64,000 bases of DNA, from the NCBI GenBank assembly GCA_015062435.1, contig SUUR01000001.1, positions 27,503 through 91,502 on the forward strand, given 5' to 3'. Position numbers and translations under genes: made by a program. The notes under the pieces were generated by a model. The model searched no databases. It had not been told where the DNA came from and saw nothing but the letters and a program-made list of their open reading frames with translations. Shown piece by piece: positions 51,046 through 61,119 of the stretch. Source of the stretch: Alphaproteobacteria bacterium. GTDB taxonomy: Bacteria; Pseudomonadota; Alphaproteobacteria; RF32; CAG-239. The stretch's first letter is position 1; every line of letters begins with the position of its first letter.

Positions 51046-51834
51046 CTATCTTATGTGTTGTTTGCAAATTTCATAATCTTCCGGAGTATTTATGTCTGCC
51101 GGAGCATTTTTATTCAAACGAATATCTCCAACAAGTTTTGCTCTAATTTGCATACCATTCTCCAGCGCTCTTAACTGCTCTAAAGACTCTCTTTGCTCTA
51201 GTACGCCAGGCTCAAGAGAAACCATTTTTTGCAAGGATTTTGCTTTGAAAACATAAATTCCGATATGATGATATAAATCCTGATTAGGACATTTTTCAGG
51301 ATTGCGGGTATATGGAGCTGTTGCTCTGGTAAAATATAAACAACGCCCTTCTTCTTCTCCTTCTTTAAGTCCCATGACTATTTTTACGACAGCAGGATTG
51401 GTTTTATCTTCTTCATTTTTAATAATCATTCCACAAGTGGCAATATCACAATCCGTACGTTCTATCATCTCTATCAGTGGAATATTTACTTTAGGATCAA
51501 CATTCAAATTATCGCCTTGAAAATCAACCACAATATCATATTTTGTTCCATCAGGATCAAGAACTTTGAGTGCTGCAGCAATTCTGTCTGTTCCGCTAGG
51601 TAAATTCGGATCGGTCAAAACAGCTGTTGCACCGAATCTTTGGCACTCATCAACAATAACCTGATCTCCGGCAGCAATAGCAATATCTCCATCAATAGCG
51701 TTTTTTACATTTTCATAAACACGTTGAATGATGCTTTTTCCATTAACATCCAAAAGTGGCTTATTGGGTAATCTAGTTGCAGCCATTCTTACCGGCATCA
51801 AAGTAATAATTCTACTCATTTGTAAATCCTTCAT
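51046..51834 (-). CDS. kdsB: 3-deoxy-manno-octulosonate cytidylyltransferase
   Basis: MSRIITLMPVRMAATRLPNKPL N-terminus typical of CMP-KDO synthetase. Confidence 0.85.
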   Translation of the reverse strand: MKDLQMSRIITLMPVRMAATRLPNKPLLDVNGKSIIQRVYENVKNAIDGDIAIAAGDQVIVDECQRFGATAVLTDPNLPSGTDRIAAALKVLDPDGTKYDIVVDFQGDNLNVDPKVNIPLIEMIERTDCDIATCGMIIKNEEDKTNPAVVKIVMGLKEGEEEGRCLYFTRATAPYTRNPEKCPNQDLYHHIGIYVFKAKSLQKMVSLEPGVLEQRESLEQLRALENGMQIRAKLVGDIRLNKNAPADINTPEDYEICKQHIR

Positions 51835-51951
51835 GTTAATGTTAAAATTTAAATAAATAAAATCATAATATCTGTGTTAAGTCAAATCATTAATAAAATT
51901 TTAATTAGAAAAAAGCAATAATCCAATAAAAATAAATTTATAAGGTTTAAA

Positions 51952-52812
51952 ATGTCTATTTTTCATATTGCCGTAGGTATTGTTCTTCTGATTTTTTGGG
52001 CAGTCAGACCTCTTATTTATAAGCCGGCAGCACAATATTTTCCTTTAAAATTATCCGCAGCATTTACTGCATCATGGTTAGTATTTTCTTTGATTGTGAC
52101 CTTTCCGATCTTAGGACATCTGATATTTTTTGATGGAAAAAATCCATTTTGTTCGCCATATATGCTATTGGCAATATATAAAGGGGTGTCTTTATTTTAT
52201 TTAATTTCTTTACAGCAATCCATCAATAAAACTTCTACATCTTCTTCGGTTTTTTTAAGTTTTATAGCATTAGCCATCGGTGCTGTTGCAAATAATTTAT
52301 TCTTTAATGAAAATCTCGGACTTATAAAGGTTGTTTGTATTATGGGGTTTGGAATTTTGGGGTATTTATTCTTGCAAAAAGGTGATGCTAAAAGGCTTTC
52401 TTCCAAAAAAAAGAGATTTTTTGCCATAACTACTTTAATTATGGCGTCTTATACTGTCTGCGACCACTTGGCGATACCACAAATCGGTTGGTATTCATAT
52501 TTATCAGTTTCTTCAATTGTAATGTTTTTTGTTTGCCTAATAAACGGAATCTCAAAAAACAACTTAAAAACTATTTTTACAAATAAATTTATCATATTCG
52601 CCGGTGTTTTCTATTCAATATCTGAATTTTTTGTAATTTATGTATCTATAAATATTTTGCCGGTTTCTGTTGTTGCCGTGTTTTTAAGGCTGTCTGTACC
52701 TGTGGTTATGGTTATATCTGCCATCAAATACAAAGAACAAAGCCTTAAAAGTCAACTTGCATTTGGTATTGTTGCCATTATTCTTGCTTTACCAATAATT
52801 TTAATAAAATAA
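51952..52812 (+). CDS. integral membrane protein (about 9-10 TM helices, DMT/EamA-like topology)
   Basis: Uniformly hydrophobic 286-aa ORF; family not recognisable by eye. Confidence 0.4.
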   Translation: MSIFHIAVGIVLLIFWAVRPLIYKPAAQYFPLKLSAAFTASWLVFSLIVTFPILGHLIFFDGKNPFCSPYMLLAIYKGVSLFYLISLQQSINKTSTSSSVFLSFIALAIGAVANNLFFNENLGLIKVVCIMGFGILGYLFLQKGDAKRLSSKKKRFFAITTLIMASYTVCDHLAIPQIGWYSYLSVSSIVMFFVCLINGISKNNLKTIFTNKFIIFAGVFYSISEFFVIYVSINILPVSVVAVFLRLSVPVVMVISAIKYKEQSLKSQLAFGIVAIILALPIILIK

Positions 52813-52893
52813 AAACCGAGTTTTGATTGACTGTATCTGAAAAACATAATAAATAAACTCAAAATCTTAACCTTAGATATGTGAGCTAAAACC

Positions 52894-53316
52894 ATGAATA
52901 TAGATGATAAACTAACCAAGCAGATAAAAGATAAAGTACAGGATCTAATGAATAATTTCAAAGAAGGACGTTATGATTTTGATGGTGGAGCATTTTTAAA
53001 TGCAGAATCATACTTAACAAAACCTTCAGATCAAAAAGATTTTGAAGCTCACAGAAAATTTATTGATGTACAAATAGTGGTGTCCGGTCAAGAAATTATA
53101 GAAGTTGCTGATATTAATAATCCAAATTTCAAAATTACAAAACCTTATGTTCCTGATATTATGTTTATGAATGGTGAAGTTGAAAAGAAAATTATAGAAC
53201 TAAGAGCTGGCGAATCTTGTGTATTATACCCATCTGATGCACATAAACCGTGTATCAATCTTGATGGGGAACATAGGGTGCAAAAAATAGTTATAAAATT
53301 ACCGACAAACATTTAA
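52894..53316 (+). CDS. YhcH/YjgK/YiaL (DUF386) family protein
   Basis: 140 aa; HRKFIDVQIVVSGQEII pattern typical of the family. Confidence 0.6.
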   Translation: MNIDDKLTKQIKDKVQDLMNNFKEGRYDFDGGAFLNAESYLTKPSDQKDFEAHRKFIDVQIVVSGQEIIEVADINNPNFKITKPYVPDIMFMNGEVEKKIIELRAGESCVLYPSDAHKPCINLDGEHRVQKIVIKLPTNI

Positions 53317-53543
53317 TAAGCGAGTGGGTTAATGAATAAGATTAATCTATATTCATTACTGTTCAATACAGGTTAATACATTTTAAATTAGCCTGTATTT
53401 CATTATAGTGGTATAGATTTTATTTCATAAAATTAGAGTATTCTACATTTCAACCACCGAATAATTACCAGTGCAATATTTCACAATAGCGAAGTTTTGT
53501 TATTAAGTGAAGGAGGATTAAAAAAGTAACACCTGTGTAGCAC

Positions 53544-53582
53544 CAAAAAAATAAGGGTTTTTGCAAATTGCTAAAACCCTTT
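53544..53582 (-). terminator. rho-independent terminator 3' of tRNA-Ala (possibly bidirectional)
   Basis: AAGGGTTTT-TGCAAATTGC-AAAACCCTT hairpin; T7 run on the minus strand, TTGTTTATT on the plus strand. Confidence 0.55.
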
Positions 53583-53589
53583 TGTTTAT

Positions 53590-53665
<76 letters not shown>

Positions 53666-53714
53666 AACGTTGTGGCAAATATATGCAAAGAAATTTTTGT
53701 TGTCAATCTTTTTA

Positions 53715-54185
53715 TTAAGAATCACTTCTATATCTTTTTATAAAACCGCTTTTACAACCTAAACTCCAGCACATTTTTAATTCTTTTTCACGAGTTGATA
53801 CTTCAACTTGTTCGTTGACTATTTTGAAATCATTTTGCATATAAAATTCGATGGCTTTTGAGTTTTTAGCAAAAACATTTAATGACAATAAAGAATAATA
53901 CCTTTGGGCCGTTTTAAGCAACTTTCTGCCAATCTTTTTGTTTTGCCATTTTGGTGCTACAAATAAAGCTCCAATGTGTTTTTCATCTGTTATTGAAATA
54001 AAACCTTTGATTTGGTGCTTATCTTCAAAAACTAAAGTTTTTGCATATGGTAAGTAATGATTCTTTACTGATGAAAGCATATTTTGCCAATAATCTTTAT
54101 CAATAAAATAGTGTGCCTGATTAGAGGTTTCTAACCAAATTTTCAAAATCTTATCAATATCATCAGCTTTTGCTCGGCGAATCAT
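53715..54185 (-). CDS. GNAT-family N-acetyltransferase
   Basis: Motif A region GALFVAPKWQNKKIGRKLL; 156 aa. Confidence 0.65.
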   Translation of the reverse strand: MIRRAKADDIDKILKIWLETSNQAHYFIDKDYWQNMLSSVKNHYLPYAKTLVFEDKHQIKGFISITDEKHIGALFVAPKWQNKKIGRKLLKTAQRYYSLLSLNVFAKNSKAIEFYMQNDFKIVNEQVEVSTREKELKMCWSLGCKSGFIKRYRSDS

Positions 54186-56176
54186 CAGATATCCAAATCA
54201 TCTACAAATTTTGCTCTTTCAATTATAAACTTAAATCTGGTTTCAGGATTTTTACCCATTAATCGCTCAACCATTCTTCTGGTTTCAAAAGCTTCTTCTT
54301 TACCTTCTTCCGTATTGGTAGAGGGAATTGTAACCTTTAAAAGTAATCTATTTTTCTTATCCATAGTGGTTTCTTTGAGTTGTTGGGCACTCATCTCTCC
54401 CAAACCTTTAAAGCGACTTATATCTGGTTTTTGGTTTCCTTTAACGACTTTTGCTAAAATCCTATCCTTATCCGCATCGTCTTGGGCATAATAATTCTTG
54501 CCACCAACCGCAATTTTATAAAGCGGAGGAGTTGCTATATAGACATGTCCGTTTTCCATCAATTTTGGCATTTGTTGATAGAAAAAAGTCATTAATAAAG
54601 ATGCAATATGTGCGCCGTCAACATCAGCATCTGTCATAATGATGATTTTTTCATAACGTAGATTTTCTTCTTTATAATTTTCTTTTACACCACAACCAAG
54701 TGCTTCACACATATCTTTAATCTCTTGATTTTGCATAATTTTATCAAGACTTGCACTTGCTACGTTTAATATTTTTCCTCGTAATGGAAGAATTGCCTGT
54801 GTAAATCTGTCTCGTCCTTGTTTGGCCGATCCTCCGGCAGAATCTCCCTCAACAATAAATATTTCCGTACCTTCTGCTGCTGCTTGAGAGCAATCTGCTA
54901 ATTTTCCGGGTAATCGTAAACGTTTAGTAGGAGTTTTTCTGTTTTGAATTTTTTCTTCTTTCTTCTTTTTTCTGGCTTCCGCTCTTTCTATAACATATTC
55001 CAGTAAAGCCGAAGCATTTTCTAAATCTGAAGAAAGCCAATGGTCAAAAGAATCTTTAACTGCAGATTCTACCAATCTAATTGCTTTATTTGATGTGAGT
55101 TTATCTTTGGTTTGACCTTGAAATTGCGGATCTCTGATAAAAACAGAAAGCATTATACTGGCATCACTAAGAAAATCTTCGGCTGTTATGGAAGCTGCTT
55201 TTTTTATATTTGCCATTTCTCCATATTCTTTAAGGCCTCTAACCAGTGCGGATTTAAATCCCATTTCGTGTGTTCCGCCTTGAGGAGTAATAACGGTATT
55301 ACAATAGGAATTGCAGAAACCGTTTTCATCTTCAGGCCAAGTGATTGCCCACTCCACTTTACCTTCATCATTCGCAAGCTCTGCCTCACCAGAAAAAGGT
55401 TTACGATTAATTGTCCCTTTAGAGCCTACCTGATAATTTAAAAAATCTAACACACCATTAGGAAAACACAATTCCGCTTCTTGCGGTGTGGTTTCTCCCT
55501 CACCTAAAATTTCCGAACTACACTTCCAGTTTATCTTTATTCCTTTAAATAAAAACGCCTTTGAACGAGCCATTCGGTATATACGATTTGGTTGCAAATT
55601 TGAACTGGCTCCAAAAATTTCAGGATCAGGTTTGAATGTTATTGATGTGCCTCTACGGTTGGGTGCATTTCCGATAAGCTCTAGTGCTCCCATCGGGTAA
55701 CCTCTGGAATATTCTTGCTTATAAAGTTTTTTATCTCTGGCAATCTCTATGGTTAATTTCTCGGATAAGGCATTCACCACAGATAGACCTACACCGTGCA
55801 AACCTCCGGAAACTTTATATGCGTTTCCACCAAATTTTCCACCGGAGTGAAGTTTAGTCATAATAACTTCCAAGGCCGATTTATCAGGATATCTGGGATG
55901 AGGGTCAACCGGTATACCTCTGCCATTATCGGTTATGGTAATGGAAAAATCAGCGTTCATAGTCACTTCTATTCGGTTTGCAAAACCTGCAACAGCTTCA
56001 TCCATAGAGTTGTCTAAAATTTCTGCCACCAAATGGTGTAGAGCTGTTTCATCGGTACCACCGATATACATACCGGGACGATGTCTAACCGGCTCAAGCC
56101 CCTCAAGAACTTCAATACTTTCGGCACTATATTCACTATTGACTGAAGTCGTTGTTGATTCAAACAAATCTGCCAT
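54185..56176 (-). CDS. parE: DNA topoisomerase IV subunit B
   Basis: 663 aa; GHKL ATPase and Toprim (EGDSAGGS) motifs; shorter than gyrB and lacks the GyrB insertion. Confidence 0.9.
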   Translation of the reverse strand: MADLFESTTTSVNSEYSAESIEVLEGLEPVRHRPGMYIGGTDETALHHLVAEILDNSMDEAVAGFANRIEVTMNADFSITITDNGRGIPVDPHPRYPDKSALEVIMTKLHSGGKFGGNAYKVSGGLHGVGLSVVNALSEKLTIEIARDKKLYKQEYSRGYPMGALELIGNAPNRRGTSITFKPDPEIFGASSNLQPNRIYRMARSKAFLFKGIKINWKCSSEILGEGETTPQEAELCFPNGVLDFLNYQVGSKGTINRKPFSGEAELANDEGKVEWAITWPEDENGFCNSYCNTVITPQGGTHEMGFKSALVRGLKEYGEMANIKKAASITAEDFLSDASIMLSVFIRDPQFQGQTKDKLTSNKAIRLVESAVKDSFDHWLSSDLENASALLEYVIERAEARKKKKEEKIQNRKTPTKRLRLPGKLADCSQAAAEGTEIFIVEGDSAGGSAKQGRDRFTQAILPLRGKILNVASASLDKIMQNQEIKDMCEALGCGVKENYKEENLRYEKIIIMTDADVDGAHIASLLMTFFYQQMPKLMENGHVYIATPPLYKIAVGGKNYYAQDDADKDRILAKVVKGNQKPDISRFKGLGEMSAQQLKETTMDKKNRLLLKVTIPSTNTEEGKEEAFETRRMVERLMGKNPETRFKFIIERAKFVDDLDI

Positions 56177-56329
56177 AATATCCTCTGTAAAACTTTATAA
56201 ATTTAGCTTAAAATAGTACATTTAAACTTTCAAAACAAGCACAATTTCCCGCAGATTAACAAAAAATCACAAAAAATAAACCTATTTAATGATAAAAACT
56301 CTTGATTTTTTAATTGTTTATGTATAAAA

Positions 56330-56465
56330 AGAGGAGCGAACCGGTAATAGTGCCGGTTTATAATTTCACACGCAGATTTTATCGGGATATTTGATATCTC
56401 GCTCCGGTGCCAACAGGCTCAAGAGAATCTGCGGAGGTTTAACCGGAAAATAAGGATATTTTAAT
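56330..56465 (+). promoter_or_regulatory. structured 5' leader of rpsB-tsf (putative S2 autoregulatory element)
   Basis: Long-range complementarity AGGAGCGAACCGG / CTCGCTCCGGTG and CGCAGATTTT / GAATCTGCGG within the 289-bp untranslated region. Confidence 0.3.
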
Positions 56466-57269
56466 ATGACACTTCCTAATTTTACAATTCGTCAGATGAT
56501 AGAAGCTGGCGTTCACTTTGGTCACCACGCTCGTCGTTGGAACCCCAAAATGGCTCCGTATATCTATGGCAAAAAAGACAATGTTCATATCATTGACTTG
56601 CAAAAAACTTATCCTATGCTTTATACAGCTTTGGCAACAACTCGTGAAATCGCTGCCAATGGCGGTAAAGTTTTGTTTGTTGCTACAAAACGCCAAGCTC
56701 AGGATATTATTAAAGAAAATGCCGAAAGATGTGGTCAGTACTATGTTAACCAACGTTGGTTGGGTGGTATGCTCACTAACTGGAAAACTGTACACAAATC
56801 TATTTCTCGTCTTGTTAAGTTAAATGAGATGGCTGAAAAGAATGAGTACGAAGGCTACACTAAAAAAGAAATGCTGAACCTCAAAAAAGAACAAGAAAAG
56901 CTTAACAAAGAGCTCGGTGGTATCATGAATATGGGCGGACAACCTGATTTGGTTTTCGTTATTGATACCGGTAAAGAGGCTTTGGCTATCAAAGAAGCTA
57001 AGAAATTAGGTATTCCCGTTATCGGTATTTGTGATACAAATGCAGATCCGGAAACTGTTGATTTACCTGTTCCTGGCAATGACGATGCTATTCGTGCCAT
57101 CCAGTTTTATGCTGAAATGGTTTCTGCCGCTGTTTTGGACGGTATGTCTGCTCAGATTGCCGCTCAAGGTGTTAAGGTAGAAGAAATGGTTGAAAAAGAA
57201 GAAGCTAAAAAACCTACTCGCAAAAAAGCTACAAAAAAAGCTGTTGCTGAAGAGGCTGTTGCTGAATAA
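56466..57269 (+). CDS. rpsB: 30S ribosomal protein S2
   Basis: [19 protein letters not shown] canonical S2 N-terminus. Confidence 0.95.
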   Translation: MTLPNFTIRQMIEAGVHFGHHARRWNPKMAPYIYGKKDNVHIIDLQKTYPMLYTALATTREIAANGGKVLFVATKRQAQDIIKENAERCGQYYVNQRWLGGMLTNWKTVHKSISRLVKLNEMAEKNEYEGYTKKEMLNLKKEQEKLNKELGGIMNMGGQPDLVFVIDTGKEALAIKEAKKLGIPVIGICDTNADPETVDLPVPGNDDAIRAIQFYAEMVSAAVLDGMSAQIAAQGVKVEEMVEKEEAKKPTRKKATKKAVAEEAVAE

Positions 57270-57372
57270 GTCTAAACCATTTTAGGAATATTATCTTAAT
57301 TTTGCGGCGGTATCACTCTTTTTTTAAGATTTGAATATCGCCGCATTCTAATTATAAAAGGATTAAAATCAA

Positions 57373-58299
57373 ATGACAGAAATTACTGCCGCTCAAGTAA
57401 AAGAATTAAGAGAAACTACCGGTGCCGGTATGTTGGACTGTAAAAAAGCGTTGGTTGAAGCTAACGGTAATATGAATGATGCCGTAGACTGGTTGCGCAA
57501 AAAAGGTTTGGCTACTGCTGCAAAAAAAGCAAGCCGTATAGCAGCAGAAGGTTTGGTATCTGTTTATGTTGAAGGAAATTGCGGTGCTATTGCCGAAGTT
57601 AACTCAGAAACAGACTTTGTTGCTAAAAATGACATTTTCCAAGAATATGTTGCTGATGCAGCTATTGTAGCTCTTAAAACAGCCGGTGAAGTTTGCGATA
57701 TGAAGACTTTCCAATGCCCTAAGTGTGGAAAATCTTTTGAAGAACGATTGACAGACATGATTGCAAAAATCGGCGAAAATATGAATTTACGTCGCGCTGC
57801 AACACTGAGTGTTAATAATGGAGTTGTTGCATCTTATATTCATAGTGCTGCTGGAGCCAATATCGGTAAAATCGGCGTATTGGTTGCTCTTGAATCAAAT
57901 GCAGATAAGACAAAATTGCAAGAATTAGGTAAGCATATTGCTATGCATGTTGCCGCTTCATCTCCTTTATTCTTGAATGTTGATAGTGTTGATCCTGAAG
58001 CAGTAGCTCATGAAAAATCTATTTTTGCTGAACAAGCTAAAGCCTCTGGAAAACCAGAAAATATCATTGAAAAAATGGTAGAAGGCAGAATTCGTAAATA
58101 TTACGAAGAAGTTGTTTTGGAAGAACAAGCCTTTATTATGGATCCGGATAAGAAGATTAAACAAATCATTGCTGATGCAGCTAAAGAATGCGGTAACGAC
58201 ATCAAATTGGCAGGATATGTTCGCTTTAAATTGGGTGAAGGTTTGCAGAAAAAAGAAGAAGACTTTGCTGCAGAAGTTGCTTCTCAATTAAATAAATAG
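57373..58299 (+). CDS. tsf: elongation factor Ts
   Basis: ITAAQVKELRETTGAGMLDCKKAL UBA-like N-terminus; rpsB-tsf operon. Confidence 0.95.
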   Translation: MTEITAAQVKELRETTGAGMLDCKKALVEANGNMNDAVDWLRKKGLATAAKKASRIAAEGLVSVYVEGNCGAIAEVNSETDFVAKNDIFQEYVADAAIVALKTAGEVCDMKTFQCPKCGKSFEERLTDMIAKIGENMNLRRAATLSVNNGVVASYIHSAAGANIGKIGVLVALESNADKTKLQELGKHIAMHVAASSPLFLNVDSVDPEAVAHEKSIFAEQAKASGKPENIIEKMVEGRIRKYYEEVVLEEQAFIMDPDKKIKQIIADAAKECGNDIKLAGYVRFKLGEGLQKKEEDFAAEVASQLNK

Positions 58300-58313
58300 A
58301 GTTCATTGAAAAA

Positions 58314-58347
58314 TAAAAAAGAGAGCTAATTAGCTCTCTTTTTTTGT
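58314..58347. terminator. bidirectional rho-independent terminator between tsf and the convergent Cys-rich gene
   Basis: Perfect palindrome AGAGAGCTAA/TTAGCTCTCT flanked by A6 and T7. Confidence 0.65.
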
Positions 58348-58349
58348 TT

Positions 58350-58586
58350 TTATGCAATGTCTTTTTTGCAATAACAATGACAATGGCATTCACCGTCTCG
58401 TTCAATATCCTGTCTGCATGTTTCTGAAATGCAATAACGAGCTGGATTGTTTCCATCGCAAGGGCATCTATGCCATTCGCTCTCTCCAAACATCATTTGT
58501 TTTGCGTTTGCTATTTTTTGAACGTTTTTAGTCGTTGCATATCCGGCTTTTTCACAGTTTTCGAGCATTTTTTCTAATATTGACAT
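58350..58586 (-). CDS. small Cys/His-rich protein with CPC and CHC motifs (ferredoxin-thioredoxin-reductase catalytic-chain-like)
   Basis: 78 aa; WHRCPCDG...C..C...CHCHCYC; upstream segment loosely resembles the FTR-B region preceding its first CPC. Confidence 0.4.
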   Translation of the reverse strand: MSILEKMLENCEKAGYATTKNVQKIANAKQMMFGESEWHRCPCDGNNPARYCISETCRQDIERDGECHCHCYCKKDIA

Positions 58587-58601
58587 TTTTACTTTCCTTT
58601 T

Positions 58602-59594
58602 CTAATCAACTAGTTTTATTGAGAATTTTTCATTTGAAGAATGTTCTTCAGTGGATTTAAATACAGCGTTCTGAGATGTTTCATTACGCTTTTTTTGCTC
58701 TAATGTATCAATAATCATATCAAGTTCTGCTATGGAAGAATATTGTAAAACAATCTTTCCTCCACCTTGTTTGTTTGGATTTATTTTTATCCTAAATCCA
58801 AGTTTTTTTATCAGATTTTCCTCAATGTCTTTTAAATCTGAACTCTTTTCAACTTTTTCTGCTTTGGAAGAAATATCTTTTTTCTTGGAGACCAGATCTT
58901 CTACCTGACGCACGCTTAAATCTTTGGAAATGATCTGATGAGCCAATTCAACAGCGTTTTCATTACCAACCAATGCTCTGGCATGTCCAGCAGATAATTT
59001 TCCACAAGAAATCAAATCTTTTACTTCTTGAGGAAGATTCAAAAGTCGTAAAGTATTGCTTATGTGACTTCTTGATTTACCTACAATTTTTGCTAAAGCA
59101 TCTTGTGTGTGAGAAAATTCATCAATCAATCTTTGAAAACCTTCAGCCTCTTCAATTGCTGATAAGTTTTCTCTCAGAATATTCTCAACTAAAGCGGCTT
59201 CAAGAACATCTTTATCGCTCAACTCTTTTATTACAACAGGAACTTCTGACAGTCCAGCCATTTTAGCGGCTCTCCAACGACGTTCCCCTGCAATAATTTC
59301 AAATTTATCGCCTTGCTTTCTAACCAAAAGAGGTTGTAACACTCCTTTTTCCTTAATAGAATCGGATAAGTTTTTTAATGCTTCATCATCAAAATCAGAA
59401 CGAGGTTGATATTTTCCGGCAACCAAATCAGAAACGTTTATATTATCAATATTTTTAACCTCTGATGTAGGAGCATCTTCATTTAAGAAATCATCTCCCA
59501 ATAAAGCCCCTAACCCTCTTCCGAGACTTTTTCTTTTTTGACCGCCAACCGGAGCTGTATCATTTAACAATTCGTCTAATTCATTATCTAGCAT
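58602..59594 (-). CDS. parB: chromosome partitioning protein ParB
   Basis: ParB box GERRWRAA, HTH region; parA-parB order. Confidence 0.9.
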   Translation of the reverse strand: MLDNELDELLNDTAPVGGQKRKSLGRGLGALLGDDFLNEDAPTSEVKNIDNINVSDLVAGKYQPRSDFDDEALKNLSDSIKEKGVLQPLLVRKQGDKFEIIAGERRWRAAKMAGLSEVPVVIKELSDKDVLEAALVENILRENLSAIEEAEGFQRLIDEFSHTQDALAKIVGKSRSHISNTLRLLNLPQEVKDLISCGKLSAGHARALVGNENAVELAHQIISKDLSVRQVEDLVSKKKDISSKAEKVEKSSDLKDIEENLIKKLGFRIKINPNKQGGGKIVLQYSSIAELDMIIDTLEQKKRNETSQNAVFKSTEEHSSNEKFSIKLVD

Positions 59595-60367
59595 GCAATT
59601 AACTCCTTCTCTCTTTTTAAGACTTCTCCGGTCAAACTAATATATGCTTGAGAACCAGGACATCTGAAATCATACAACAAAACAGGTTTACCATGTGATG
59701 GCGCCTCAGATATTCTGACGTTTCTGGGAATAACGGTGTTATAAACCTTTTTTCCGAAGAAGTTTCTGACGTCATCTTCAACCATTTGGCTAAGATTGTT
59801 ACGTTTATCATACATAGTAAGTACTACTCCGTGTAATGCTAATTTGGGATTAAAATTCTTTTTTATAAGATTAATATTGCGAATCAAATCAGTCACCCCT
59901 TCAAGAGCCAAAAATTCGCATTGCAACGGTACAATAACGGCATCAGCTGCAACAAGTGCATTTATTGTAACCAAGCTAAGTGAAGGCGGACAGTCTATCA
60001 GAATATAGTCATAGTTTACGGCATCTTTAGAAAGCGCTTTTTTTAGGACAAACTCTCGATTAGGTATATCTACCAACTCAACTTCAGCACCGGCTAAATC
60101 CGGAGAAGACGGCACTAAGGAAAAATTAGGAATCTCTGTCCAAACAACAGCATCAGTAATTTTTTTATCTCCTAAAAGGACATCATAACTTGAAGACATT
60201 CTGCCTTTCTTATTAATCCCCATTGATGTTGATGCATTACCCTGAGGATCCAGATCTATCACCAGAACCTTCTTTCCTGCTGCGGCCATTGCTGTTGCAA
60301 CATTTACTGTTGTGGTAGTTTTTCCAACACCGCCTTTTCGGTTAGCAATAGCTAATATTCTTGGCAT
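59588..60367 (-). CDS. parA: chromosome partitioning ATPase ParA
   Basis: Deviant Walker A KGGVGKTT; 259 aa. Confidence 0.9.
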   Translation of the reverse strand: MPRILAIANRKGGVGKTTTTVNVATAMAAAGKKVLVIDLDPQGNASTSMGINKKGRMSSSYDVLLGDKKITDAVVWTEIPNFSLVPSSPDLAGAEVELVDIPNREFVLKKALSKDAVNYDYILIDCPPSLSLVTINALVAADAVIVPLQCEFLALEGVTDLIRNINLIKKNFNPKLALHGVVLTMYDKRNNLSQMVEDDVRNFFGKKVYNTVIPRNVRISEAPSHGKPVLLYDFRCPGSQAYISLTGEVLKREKELIAC

Positions 60368-60994
60368 TTAACGACCTCCTTTGATTTTTTTTATATTTGA
60401 TATGATTAATATTTTACCTTCTTCACTTTGTTCGCTAGAATAAATATCACATTTAAACTTCCAATGTTTGTGAGCCTCAGCAAGCTCTTCTGCATATTTT
60501 TTACCTTTAGGAAAGATACAAACTGTATTTTTACTAACAAAAGGATATGAATAAGCTAATAAGTCTGATAAAGATGTTAAAGCTCTTGATGTAATAACAT
60601 CAACCGGTAATGGCTCAATGCTTTCAATCCGATTATTAACTATGCTGACATCAACACCTAATTGTTCTTTTACAGCGTTTAAATACACCGTTTTCTTCAA
60701 AATACTTTCAACAAGAGTTACTTTTAAATACGGCGTTTTTTCATTTAACATTATTGCAAGAACCATACCCGGAAAACCGGCACCAGAGCCAAAATCAACA
60801 AGCGTTTTTGCACTATCAGGTATAAACCTCAACAACTGAGCAGAGTCTAGAAAATGCCTTTCCCATGCATTCTCTATTGTATTTTTACTTACCAAATTGA
60901 GTTTATGCTGCCAATCCTCAAGCATCGATTGGTAGCTTTTTAATTTTAGATATGTTTCACGTGAAACATTATATTTTTCACAAAAGTTTTTCAT
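60368..60994 (-). CDS. rsmG: 16S rRNA m7G527 methyltransferase
   Basis: AdoMet motif DFGSGAGFPG; position between mnmG and parA. Confidence 0.85.
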   Translation of the reverse strand: MKNFCEKYNVSRETYLKLKSYQSMLEDWQHKLNLVSKNTIENAWERHFLDSAQLLRFIPDSAKTLVDFGSGAGFPGMVLAIMLNEKTPYLKVTLVESILKKTVYLNAVKEQLGVDVSIVNNRIESIEPLPVDVITSRALTSLSDLLAYSYPFVSKNTVCIFPKGKKYAEELAEAHKHWKFKCDIYSSEQSEEGKILIISNIKKIKGGR

Positions 60995-61119
60995 AACTCT
61001 TTTTTATATTTTTTATGAAAAATTTAAAACACAAAAAAACAAGTTATAAACACATATTTTATATCAAATATTTTATTATTTTAAATCAAACACTTAAACA
61101 CTGTATGTTGAATCAAAAA

